From NCBI GenBank assembly GCA_048885535.1, contig JBHLLO010000014.1, forward strand, positions 1 to 53,103: a DNA stretch of 53,103 nucleotides, in the 5' to 3' direction. This stretch comes from Candidatus Hermodarchaeota archaeon. GTDB taxonomy: Archaea; Asgardarchaeota; Lokiarchaeia; Sigyniarchaeales; SOKP01. The position numbers and the translations under genes are program-made. This document shows, in pieces, positions 10,411 through 21,700 of the stretch. How positions within the stretch are numbered: the first letter of the stretch is position 1; every line of letters begins with the position of its first letter. A model generated the notes under the pieces. That model saw only the letters and a program-made list of their open reading frames with translations, ran no database searches and was not told where the DNA came from.

Positions 10411-11097
10411 CTATTTTCTTTTCCTGTAATATATAACAGCCATAATAACAACGACAGCTATAACAGCTACACCAACTCCGATAATTATGTATAATGTAGC
10501 GTCTTCTGGAATTAATATTGTCCAATATGAAAAATGGTTAATAGTTGCAGTTAAATACCCATCCTCAATATTTGTGGTGACAGCAACCCATTCACTTGTC
10601 GCCTCATCATAGTAAGCAAATGTCCCTACTCTATTCTGGTTAGTCGCTTGTATTCTTAATCTCGCTTGTAAGAATGTCCCATTACATTGCATATATGCAA
10701 CAAAACCTTCTTGATATTGATAGACATTTCGGTTTCTTATTCTATATGTATTACCCATTTGTAGCCCTAACTGAATTTCCTCTCTTGTACAAGTCATATT
10801 CATTTGTAGATCGTGATCTCCATCAATTTCAACTATAAAATCTTTGAAACCTATTCGTAATGCTTCACACTCCATGTTTAAAAATAAATTTACATTAGCT
10901 TGAAATGTTAACTGTGTTTGATATCGAAAGCGAAACATCGTTCGATTATTTGCTTGTACCATTTGTTGTCTTGTATCACCAAGGACTTCATAAGTGTCAA
11001 CAGGAGGTTCTATAGCGACTACGTTCAATGAGGCAAAAGTAGAGAATAGCATCATCAAAAAGAATGTACTTAGAAGAATTTTATTTAATTTTTTCAT
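10411..11097 (-). CDS. Single-pass cell-surface protein with juxtamembrane HFS motif
   Basis: ATG at 11097 with AGAGGA RBS; signal peptide MKKLNKILL..; YYDEATSEWV..GYLTATINHFSYWTIL; C-terminal TM followed by YRKRK. Confidence 0.8.
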   Translation of the reverse strand: MKKLNKILLSTFFLMMLFSTFASLNVVAIEPPVDTYEVLGDTRQQMVQANNRTMFRFRYQTQLTFQANVNLFLNMECEALRIGFKDFIVEIDGDHDLQMNMTCTREEIQLGLQMGNTYRIRNRNVYQYQEGFVAYMQCNGTFLQARLRIQATNQNRVGTFAYYDEATSEWVAVTTNIEDGYLTATINHFSYWTILIPEDATLYIIIGVGVAVIAVVVIMAVIYYRKRK

Positions 11098-11133
11098 TTT
11101 TATTCCTCTTAATTTTGAGTTATACAAATCAAG

Positions 11134-11167
11134 TCTATATAAAAAGGATTAAGGAATAATTATTCCC
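11134..11167 (-). promoter_or_regulatory. TATA box with adjacent perfect 14-bp palindrome GGAATAATTATTCC (11153-11166), candidate regulator site
   Basis: Minus strand reads GGGAATAATTATTCCTTAATCCTTTTTATATAGA, about 40 nt upstream of the ATG at 11097. Confidence 0.55.
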
Positions 11168-11695
11168 AATTGAACTAAGTTAATTTTAAGATTTTATGTA
11201 ATTTAGAATATTTACTCATGAGAAGAAAAATTTCAAATAATATCTTGAGATACTGATTCAATTTTGTAATAAAATTGCATCAATTTTTTCTTATAGCTTT
11301 TTTACTTCCTTTAAGTTTTCTTTTTAACACAAAATCTCCAATTCCTAGAAATTAAATATGAACCTAATTAAGTATATAATCATGCTGAATGAATCAGTTA
11401 GCTTTACTTTCTATTAAAGAATTCTGCTGATATATAGTTTGAAATTTTGAACTTCACTTGAAGTTTAATCTCAATAACCACTAAAAAATTTTGTGATAAA
11501 TTATTTCTTTTTTATTTTGAATGATTTGAATACTGAGAATGAAGAAATCCTTAAAATTAAAAATAATAATAATTATATTTTAGCATATAATTTGAAAATA
11601 TTATTATGCACTTTGTAATTTAATAAAATTATTGAAAAGGAGTTCATATATAATAATATTAATTTGTACAAAAACAGAATATAAAATTTGGAGAA

Positions 11696-13957
11696 ATGCA
11701 TATGTCTCTAAAAGAAATTACTAAGGAAATTTTCACTAGATATGGATTTACTGAGGAACAAATCCTTATTTATTTAGTTTATTTAAGAGTACCAAGAGCT
11801 ACAGCTTCTGAAGTTTACTTAACTTTAATGGATGACCATGAAGAACTTACTTATGACAGTGTTTTAGAAATTACGGATTGGTTAGTAGAGAAAGGATTTC
11901 TTAAAAAACTAACAGGCATAGTTGACAGGTTTATTCCTCTTGAACCCTATTTTGAATTATATATTGGGGAATCAGAAGTCTTTCGAGAGGAAATAGCAAA
12001 AATAAAAGATCATATCTTAGCTGATCAAGCAAAACGATTTGAAAAGCTTGAAGCGATTCAGGATAAAAGTATAAATGAAGTTGAGACTGCTGTTGACAAC
12101 CAAATTAAAGACTTTTTTTCAGATTCGGATACAAAGAACAATAATAAAAGAGAACGAATTAATAACGCTCGAAATAGATTTTCAGATACTTCTAAGACAT
12201 TGGAAGAAAATCTCCATAAGATTTTAGATACACTAAATTCAGATTTGAAAAATATTTCAGAAACTAAAATTAAAGAGAATGAAAATACTATTAATAAAAC
12301 AAAAGATAATTTAACTAAACTTATCTCTGAGTTATTAAGTGATTTTTCAACTAGAGTTAATGAATTGGAAAAAGAACTAAAAAAAGATTTAGATAATCAC
12401 GTAGAAAGACATAAAACCATTGCCAGTGATTTAAAACCAAGAATGGAGCAAATTCTTGAAAAATATCTAGAGCGAATGGATAAGATTGTTACAGATTTAA
12501 AAGAGAGAATCTCTCGTCTCTTAAAAGAACATCTCAACCATTTAAAAAACACAACCGATACACTTTCCACTAACTTAAAAGCTACTGTGGATGAAAGACA
12601 CAGAATTTTAACTGAACAAACAAATGAGTTTAAAAGTATGACGTTAACCTTGATTGACAATCTATTAGAACATGCAAATCGTTTTACTGATTTCTCAGCA
12701 GATATGGCTAAGAAAGGATTCTTTTGGATGGGAAAAAAGAAAAAATATAAGGCTCGACATGAAACAACTATCCAAAATATTTTGATATATACTGAGCCAA
12801 TGAAAGAGAATTTCGTAGATGGTAGTGAAAATTATATAAAAGATACAAGAAATACAAATGATACATTAAAGAGTGAAATTACTGATATAATGACCAAGGA
12901 AAATGATAATGTAGTGACTGAAACGACTGACCTTGACCAAAAGGCGCAAGAAACAATCAATGTTCAATTAGAAACCTTAGCTACAGACATGGCAGGTGAA
13001 ATTAATAATACTCTAACGAGTGGTGTAAAGGATTGCTCAGATACTACTATAAAGTTAAAAGATACTTTAGAAAGCTCACTAAAACAACATCAGAGACAAT
13101 ATGATGAGGCAATTAATAAACACAAAGATGATTCATTAAAGCATTACACAGGTTTTGATAGTGAAGTAAAACAAACTAAAGCTGATTGGATTAGAGAGGT
13201 TGATAATAAATTCATAGCAGGAAAAGCAGATACATCTGAAAAAATAACTGATGAGATTAGTTTATGGGGTGATGAATCAGCAGACCTCGATAGAAACTTA
13301 AGTCAAATGCTCACAGACCATAAATCTAAATATGAACAAAATGCTAAAACTCTTCAAAACAGTCTATCTAACACAACTCGTGATACTACTCAAAACATTA
13401 AAGATGCAATAGCCGATTTTACCCTTCAATTTATGAATTCAATTGATGATGCAACAGAATTAGCAGAAAAGAATGAGGCAAAATTAAAAGACATTTACAA
13501 TACCTCAGCAGCAATTCCTGAAATAGCGGAAGTAACCACTTGGCCAGTAGTAGGAAAAGAAGCCATGGTTGCTGCGATTAAGGATGCCGTCTTTAGAACA
13601 AAATCTTCAATTATTGTAGTCATGCCTTATGTCATTCCCGAAGTCTTGCAAGTCGTAAGCGAATATGCTTACCAGAAAAAAGCAGCAAGATTCTTGTTAA
13701 CTAGTCATTGGGATATGAGTCAATATGGCGATATAATAAGAAAAATGATGGCACTCGGAAACATTCAATTCAGACAACTTAGTAGTACGGGAGAATTTTT
13801 TGCTGTCACTCGTGATGCAGAAGAAGTAATCATTGGACCAGCCACCGATAAAGAAAGCGAAATGATATCAATAGTCTCTAATCAAATGCAATATAGCATA
13901 CTCTACAGCCAATTTATAGGACCTATCTTCCAGGCAAATTCTCGACCCATAAAGTAG
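11696..13957 (+). CDS. TrmB-like wHTH, long coiled-coil/amphipathic helical rod, TrmB-type PLD-like effector domain
   Basis: N-term YGFTEEQILIYLVYL..ATASEV..LVEKGFL..FIPLEP; C-term GKEAMVAAIKDAVFRTKSSIIVVMP..VTRDAEEVII; ~520 aa of nearly proline-free helical sequence between. Confidence 0.75.
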   Translation: MHMSLKEITKEIFTRYGFTEEQILIYLVYLRVPRATASEVYLTLMDDHEELTYDSVLEITDWLVEKGFLKKLTGIVDRFIPLEPYFELYIGESEVFREEIAKIKDHILADQAKRFEKLEAIQDKSINEVETAVDNQIKDFFSDSDTKNNNKRERINNARNRFSDTSKTLEENLHKILDTLNSDLKNISETKIKENENTINKTKDNLTKLISELLSDFSTRVNELEKELKKDLDNHVERHKTIASDLKPRMEQILEKYLERMDKIVTDLKERISRLLKEHLNHLKNTTDTLSTNLKATVDERHRILTEQTNEFKSMTLTLIDNLLEHANRFTDFSADMAKKGFFWMGKKKKYKARHETTIQNILIYTEPMKENFVDGSENYIKDTRNTNDTLKSEITDIMTKENDNVVTETTDLDQKAQETINVQLETLATDMAGEINNTLTSGVKDCSDTTIKLKDTLESSLKQHQRQYDEAINKHKDDSLKHYTGFDSEVKQTKADWIREVDNKFIAGKADTSEKITDEISLWGDESADLDRNLSQMLTDHKSKYEQNAKTLQNSLSNTTRDTTQNIKDAIADFTLQFMNSIDDATELAEKNEAKLKDIYNTSAAIPEIAEVTTWPVVGKEAMVAAIKDAVFRTKSSIIVVMPYVIPEVLQVVSEYAYQKKAARFLLTSHWDMSQYGDIIRKMMALGNIQFRQLSSTGEFFAVTRDAEEVIIGPATDKESEMISIVSNQMQYSILYSQFIGPIFQANSRPIK

Positions 13958-14359
13958 AATCAGGAAGTTTAGGTTGACAGAATTTGAAATCCGGGGAATA
14001 TAAAAAAAGATATGACAACTTATTAACACAAAATATATTTTTTATTCTTATTTTTATAAAAAAATCAAATTGCAATTGATATTTCTCCATTAATATAAAT
14101 CTTAAATTTTAATTTTTCGTAAGAAATTGATTCTTTTTTTCCAACTTATTACTCAGTATAGATTTTCAAAGGAAAAGGAACAACACTCCAACCGTTATGC
14201 AAAAGATGTTAAAGAATTTATTATTTTTAGCTTAAAATTTTAAAAAAAAAATTAAGGCAAAGTTAATATATAGGTATGACATAAATAATTATTGAATCTA
14301 GGTAAGCTAAATTACTTAAATTCATATTATATAAGAGTGGTGATTAAAAAAAAAGCATA

Positions 14360-15079
14360 GTGTTTAAACCCATGAAAGTAGATAGAGTTAAGTTGGATCT
14401 CTCTATCGTTGCGGGGATTCTTTTAGCGTTGATTGTATCTATTTTTCTGGGATTTGCATTGGTTGGGGGCTCTCTAATAAATTCTGATAATATAAAACCT
14501 CCAATTAACTTGGAATATAAAAAGTTTCAAGTAGAAATTGCTGGTATCGATCCATATCTATCAGGATACAATCCGATCGTGTCTGTAGCTCAAAAAGGCT
14601 GTTGTTGTATGGATACAGAACAAGGTAAAATTGAAATTTATGATTATTACTTGCCTGATGTACTTCCATTGTGCATCACTCAAGCTGATTTAGATAATTA
14701 TTGGGTCACCGTCGTTGTAACCGGTGGTTATGAACCTATCGACGGATCTATTACACTCTGCCAGAAAGGAGAATGGAAAGGTGATATTGATGTAATATGG
14801 ACATATCTTGGTCATGAACCATGTTATGCCGATTACTGGATGGCCACTTTTGTGCTACCTGCAGGAGTCGATTCGATCGAGTTAGATAGCAACCAATGGC
14901 CTGATGGCGCAATTCCATGCTATCCTGAATATGATACCATTCCTGGTAAACAAGTATGTGTTATGTGGGAAACCTTGTGGCAAGGCTGTATCGAAGAAAA
15001 ACAACGCTTCGAGTTAATATGGATACATCAAAACGATTGTATCAAAAATAATCCCCAACTCCCCATGAGGTTATTATAA
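14360..15079 (+). CDS. Cys/Trp-rich exported or membrane-anchored hypothetical protein
   Basis: N-terminal hydrophobic helix; 10 Cys including CCC; 8 Trp; GTGGTGA RBS upstream (start GTG 14360 or ATG 14372). Confidence 0.7.
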   Translation: MFKPMKVDRVKLDLSIVAGILLALIVSIFLGFALVGGSLINSDNIKPPINLEYKKFQVEIAGIDPYLSGYNPIVSVAQKGCCCMDTEQGKIEIYDYYLPDVLPLCITQADLDNYWVTVVVTGGYEPIDGSITLCQKGEWKGDIDVIWTYLGHEPCYADYWMATFVLPAGVDSIELDSNQWPDGAIPCYPEYDTIPGKQVCVMWETLWQGCIEEKQRFELIWIHQNDCIKNNPQLPMRLL

Positions 15080-15085
15080 TTCTCA

Positions 15086-15138
15086 TCGCCAGTTAACTAT
15101 GCGACGATTAATCCTTACTCTTTTTTTTTTTCTTTTTT
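15086..15138 (+). terminator. Hairpin followed by long oligo-T tract
   Basis: TCGC-CAGTTAACTAT-GCGA, then a run of 11 T from 15121, just after the 15079 stop. Confidence 0.55.
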
Positions 15139-15174
15139 ATAATAAGTAAAATATTTATTATATAATCAATATAT

Positions 15175-15708
15175 ATGATTTTAGTCTTGACAAGTCAAAA
15201 AAGTAAAAAAGCAGACGAACTTATTGCTCGATATCTTAATGAAGAAGGATTGCTGAAAAAAAAGGTAAAAAGCCCCAATATTGAATTCGGATATATTTTC
15301 GGGTTTCCACCAGGACAACAGCGCCAATCGATGCAAGTTATCAATCCTGCCAACACTGATTATATCGTCATTTCCTTAGGGATTCAAATACCAGATGTCT
15401 TTGTACAAGCGCTTGATGCCATAGAACCCCATAAAAAAGTTCAATTTTACATTGATATTCGAAAATTTCTATTTGCACAAAATTTCTTATTCCGATTTGA
15501 ATTGGCTTTAAATCGATACCATATTAGTGATCAATTATATTTTGGAGAGGGAGGAAATATCTCGAAGGATAACTTGTTTAAGAGTGTTAGAAAAATATAC
15601 AACTCATCACAATATTGCACTCTTCTTTTAGAAGAATATTGCATGGATAAAATCGATAAAAAGTATTTAGAACCAAGCGATTTGGCAGATCCTCATTTTT
15701 ACACGTAA
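15175..15708 (+). CDS. DUF2299-like archaeal protein
   Basis: YLNEEGL, FGFPPG, ISDQLYF..ISKDNLFKSVRKIYN resemble this family. Confidence 0.55.
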   Translation: MILVLTSQKSKKADELIARYLNEEGLLKKKVKSPNIEFGYIFGFPPGQQRQSMQVINPANTDYIVISLGIQIPDVFVQALDAIEPHKKVQFYIDIRKFLFAQNFLFRFELALNRYHISDQLYFGEGGNISKDNLFKSVRKIYNSSQYCTLLLEEYCMDKIDKKYLEPSDLADPHFYT

Positions 15709-15718
15709 ATCTCTAAAA

Positions 15719-18700
15719 TTAAGTTAAAATAATAGCCACACTGATTAAAGTTAATAAAATGATGCTTAATAACATAATTCTTTGTATTACATTCTTTTGT
15801 TTCTTATCACTGGAACTATAAAGTCTACTTTTTTTTATAATGAGAGGGAATGTTATGGCAACTGCTCCAAGGCATCCTAGAAAAATAAGATCAGTAAGTT
15901 CAATTGGAAGAGGAATTGGTGTATATGGTTCCGGTGCAATGTATTTTACAACATAGACATCGCTATAATTACAATTTTTCTTTCTATCTTGTGCATAGAA
16001 ACGGATTGTGATGTTGTCACCCACTGCTACAATATCCCATATTGATTCCCATAATGTTTGGTTAATCTTACCAGTAAAAGGTCCATTAATCGAATAAAAA
16101 GATACATTCACATTTGTCCCAATGATATTATACCAACAATATAATAAATTTCCATCAATGATTTCAACTTGAAAGAAAGGTGAATCTCTACCCACGTTTT
16201 GGTATTGAGTAGGATATTGTATTGATATAGATGGTGCGATGATATCTTTTCGAATCATTACAGAAGCAATGCCTTGATTGCCAATCACATCTGTGACATA
16301 AAGATAGATGTTAATCGTACCATTACCAACCTTATTCCATTCTTGTTGATTGATTTGAATGACAATGGAAATGCTAATGGGATTATTCCAATCTATTATT
16401 GAAGAATTATACTTATCGCTTTTCAGTTGATAAGAAATCTCTGAAATACCACTACCATCATCAAGGATAACATAGAGTATAGGACGTTCATGACCGTATA
16501 ATTCATTTATATCGGGATAAGTAATCCAAATATTAGGAGCAATAATATCTTTTCGGACTGTAAGATTAGCAAAAGCCATATTACCGACAATATCTTCTGC
16601 ATAAAACATAATTATAACCGTACCATTACCAATAGTATTCCAATCTGCTAATAAAATTGATCCCGTCCAAATCCTTAAAGGAGTTGTTATAACGTTATGC
16701 AATTGATAGTAAATAGAGAAAATTGAATTTTCATCGGAACAAGTAATACTTACGACTGGAGGAGTGACACCAAATAAAGTAAAGGGAGTAGGGGCGTTAA
16801 TGAAAAGGATTGGTGGTATCGTATCTTTTCTTAACATTATAGTGTCAAATCCGATGTTACCAAGCGTATCGTTGATATAAAAAGTAATAAATAACGTTCC
16901 ATTTCCGAAAGCTTGCCAAGCATTAAGGTTGATGGATCCATCCCAAATTAAAATTGAAGTAGAAAAAGTACTGTTATATAATTGATACCAAATAGTGTCA
17001 GGTTCTGCAGAACTAATATATAGAGTTATATCTGGTGGATTTAAACCAAATAATTCATTATTACTTGGATCTAAGATAATGATAACAGGATCAAATATAT
17101 TTTTTCTGAGAATCAATGTAGCTGAGGCTAAATTATTAACAGAGTCATAAGCAATAAACCGAATAATAACTGTTCCATTTCCGATTAAATCCCAATCTTC
17201 TTGATAAATAAAACCAAAAAATTCTCGATAGGGAGTAATAACGGACCCGTTATCCAATTGATACCACACACTTTCAAGATGGTCGTCAATCACGCTTACA
17301 TTAATTACCGGAACAGTAATTCCATATAACTTCCAATCTTCTGGATCGTGTATGATGATTATGGGTGAAAGACTGTCTTTATATATACTCACATTTACTG
17401 AAAACATATTTCCTAATGTATCGTTAGCGAAAAATACAATAAATACCGTCCCATTAGGCATTGCATTCCAATCATTTGAATAGATAAAACTATTCCACTC
17501 TCGGAGGGTTGTTGTGATAATTCCATTAGTCAATTGATACCATGTTGTATTTACTCCATTGATATCATAGAAATTCACTATGCAATTAGGGACACTCTTT
17601 CCGAATACACTATGGGGGGTAGGACTAATTATATTAATGTCAGGACCAATTATATCCTTGTAGATTGAAACACTAGCTGTCCCGATATTACCGACTGTAT
17701 CATTAGCATAAAAGATAATAGTCACTGATCCGTTAGACATTGCCATCCAATCGTCTACATGAATCGCTCCCGTCCAAATTCTTGTGTTTGTAGTGGTTAT
17801 ACCATCTGTTAGTTGGTACCAAGTTTCATTAACACCATTAATATCAGAAATCATTACTATACATATAGGTGGAGTTAATCCAAATATTTGATTAGGAAGG
17901 GGTTCGATTATGTTAATCTCTGGTCCAAAAATGTCCTTATAGATTGATACGCTAGCTATCCCAACATTACCCACTGTATCATTAGCATAAAAAATAATAG
18001 TTACTGTTCCATTAGCCATTGCATTCCAATCATCGAAATTGATGGTTCCAGTCCATTCCCGAGCACTTGTAGTTGTGCTTCCATCAGTTAATTCATACCA
18101 TATGTAATCAATAGAGTTTCTGTCATATAATGTTAAGTCGCATCCAGGAGGATTATACCCAAAAACTTGAAAAGATAGAGGTTCATTGATGATTAGATCA
18201 GGTGATTCAATATCTTTGTATAAGAAAATATTATCAAAATTCATATTTCCAACGCTATCATTTGCAAAAAATATGATAGTGACTGTACCATTTTTCATCA
18301 TGTTCCAATCATTAATATCGATTGATCCACTCCACGTACGTGAAGCTGTTGTAAGCGTCCCATTAGTCAGTTGGTACCAAGATGCATTTATTCCATTGAT
18401 ATCATAAAAAGTCACGTTACATATAGGAGCAACAACACCAAATAGATCATATTGATATGGTTCATAAATAAAGATATTAGGGGCAACTATATCCTTATAA
18501 ATTGATACACTAGCTATCCCAACATTACCCACTGTATCATTAGCATAAAAAGTAATAGTAACTGTTCCATTAGACATTGCATTCCAATCATCGAAATTGA
18601 TGGTTCCAGTCCATTCCCGAGCACTTGTTATCGTGCTTCCATCAGTTAATTCATACCATATGTAATCAATAGAGTTTCTGTCATATAATGTTAAGCCGCA

Positions 18701-21700
18701 TCCAGGAGGAGTATAACCAAATAATTCATGAAGATTAGGTTTATTGATAGTTATTGAAGGGGATATGATATCTTTGTATACCGAAACATTAGTAGTTGCT
18801 ATATTACCTAATGTATCGTTTGCATAGAACACAATGATTACAGTTCCGTTAGCCATGGTGTTCCAATCATCGAAGTTAATGATGCCAGTCCAATCACGAA
18901 TATATGTTGTAGTTATTCCGTCGGTTAATTCATACCAAACATTGTCAATGGAATTTATATCATATAAGGTTAAATTACAATCAGGCGGATCTTGCCCATA
19001 TAATTCATACGAATTCGGCTCGTTAATGATTACAGAAGGAGATATGATATCTTTGTACACTGAGACATTAGTAGTTGCTATATTACCTAATGTGTCGTTT
19101 GCATAGAAAATAATAGTTATAGTTCCATTAGCCATTGAATTCCAATCACTATATAAAATTATACCAGTCCATTCCTGAACGCTTGTAGTAATTGTACCAT
19201 CAGTTAATTGATACCACTTTAAATCCACTCCATTTATATCTTCAAATGTTACATTACATTCAGGTCGAGAGGCGCCGAATACCTCATAAGGATTAGGATT
19301 GATAATGGTGATAATAGGAGCAATAATATCTTTATAAACTGAGACATTAGTAGTAGCTATATTACCTAATGTGTCATTCGCATAGAAGATAAGGTTAACA
19401 GTGCCGTTAGTCATAATATTCCAATCATCGATATGAATAGTACCAGTCCACTCGCGAATGTCTGTAGTTGTAATTCCATCTGTTAGTTGATACCACTTGG
19501 CATCTACTCCATTTATATCTTCGAATAAGATATTGCATTCAGGTTGAAAGGCACCGAATACCTCATAGGGATTAGGATTGATAATGCTGATAATTGGAGC
19601 GATAATGTCTTTATACACTGAAACATTAGCATTGGCTATATTGCCTAGCGTATCATTAGCGTAAAATATAATAGTAACACTACCATTGGATAAAGCTGAC
19701 CAATCATCAAAATTTATAGTTCCAGTCCATTCACGAACATTCGTGGTGATGATTCCATCAGTTAATTTGTACCATACATAATCGATATTGTTTATATCAT
19801 ACAAAGTCAAATTACATTCAGGTGGATTTGACCCAAATATATCATTGGATTTTGGCTCGTTAATAGTAATATAAGGAGAAATAATATCTTTATAAACAAT
19901 TACGCTTTCAGAATTAATGTTTCCTATACTATCGTTGGCAAAGAAGATGATTGTAACAGTCCCATTTTTCATCATATTCCAATTATTAATATCAATTGTT
20001 CCAGTCCATATTTGTGAAATTGTGGTAAATGTTCCATTAGTTAATTGGTACCATGATGAATTCACCCCGTTGATATCATAAAAGGACACATCACATACAG
20101 GAGGAATGACACTAAATAAATCATATGGTTGAGGATTATTAATAAGAATATTAGGGGGAATTATGTCCTTGTAGATTGACAAATTCGCTATTCTTACATT
20201 ACCCACTGTATCATTGACATAAAAGAAAATGGTCACTGTTCCATTAGACATTAGATCCCAATCGGCAGGATATATAGCACCAGTCCATTCTTTTGTAGGA
20301 GTCGTAGTAATTCCATCGGTCAAATAATATAAGGTTGTGTTCACCCCATTTCTATCAACAAATGTTACATTACATTCTGGAGGAGTATTTCCAAAGATTT
20401 CATGTTGAGTTGGTTTATTGATTTGAATGGTAGGAGGAATGATGTCCTTATATACAGTTATATTATTCTTACCTAAGTTACCCATAGTATCATTAGCAAA
20501 GAAATTAATGAATATAGTTCCATTAGTTTGCAATTCCCATTCACTTTCAGAAATATTTCCATGATTTTGGCCAGAAATTCCATTAAAAAATATCGATGTC
20601 CCATTGTTTACTGTATACCAAGTTGAATTGAGATTAGATTCAAGGATAACAATTGTAAAACTGCACGTTTTATTACCAAAAATAGTATGAGTTTCTGGAT
20701 ATATAATATCAATTGAAGGAGTTTCAACATCCTTATATATAATAATCGCGTTATAATCCTCATATCCGTTACTGTCGTTGACATAAAAGAATATAGTGTG
20801 TGATCCATTTGCTAATAAGCTCCAAACAAATGCATTGACAGTCCCATTTGTGGAAAAAAGATTTTTGGTTGGATCACTATCAATCGTATACCACCACTTA
20901 TAAGCTACTCCTTCTTCTGTACTAACACTAAAATTTAACGGGGAAGATCCATATAACGAATAAGGTATAGGAGAATATACAGTAATTATAGGAGCATCCC
21001 ACCAAATTGGATAATTATCTTGACTTCCCGCAGAACCCGAAATTGCATATGAAGAATCTCCAATTCCATCATCATCTGCATCTTTTCCTAAATAGTCGTC
21101 CCAAAAGTTACCCTGACTTCCTATATCCCATAAATTGCTGTTACCTGAATCAATTGCATGTACTGTGTTATTAAGGAAATCGTTATAATAGATAATATTA
21201 TCATCACTGTTGGTGATATTAATTCCTTCTAATGAATTATTTAATATATCATTATCATGGATAATATTATCGCTACTACTCTGCCATACACATATTCCAT
21301 GATTATTAAAAGATATTTCGCTTTCTTCAATGGTTATATTATTGGCATTTATGAAAAGAATACCAATTGAATTATTGAAAGATGATGATTCTTTGATTTT
21401 CCCATTATTTGTATTTTCTAATCTTATTCCCGCACTGAAAGTTTCCGTAGAATTATTAGAAATCATACAATCTTTAATTATAAAATATTCATTCAGTGAA
21501 TTATTAATGAAAATGGCCGCAACTGTAGAATTTGCTAAAATTTCAACATCTTCAATTGTAAATGGATCATTCCATGATCCCGAACCGCTACACCAATCAT
21601 ATGTGGTTGCGGTTTCTGTCCAATTATTATCAATATGAATGCATAGATTATTCTTAGCAGATAAGCATAATATTTTATCATCATGGGTTTTATCGTTTGC

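Noticed and set aside
11281-11345. 16-aa basic peptide MLKRKLKGSKKAIRKN on the minus strand after GGAGA
   Set aside because: Too short, and Lys-richness is expected in A-rich DNA; it does not resemble eL41.
17942-18709. Near-identical repeat pair as a diversity-generating retroelement TR/VR
   Set aside because: Mismatches are not confined to adenines of one copy, both copies are in-frame repeat units, and there is no reverse transcriptase in the window.
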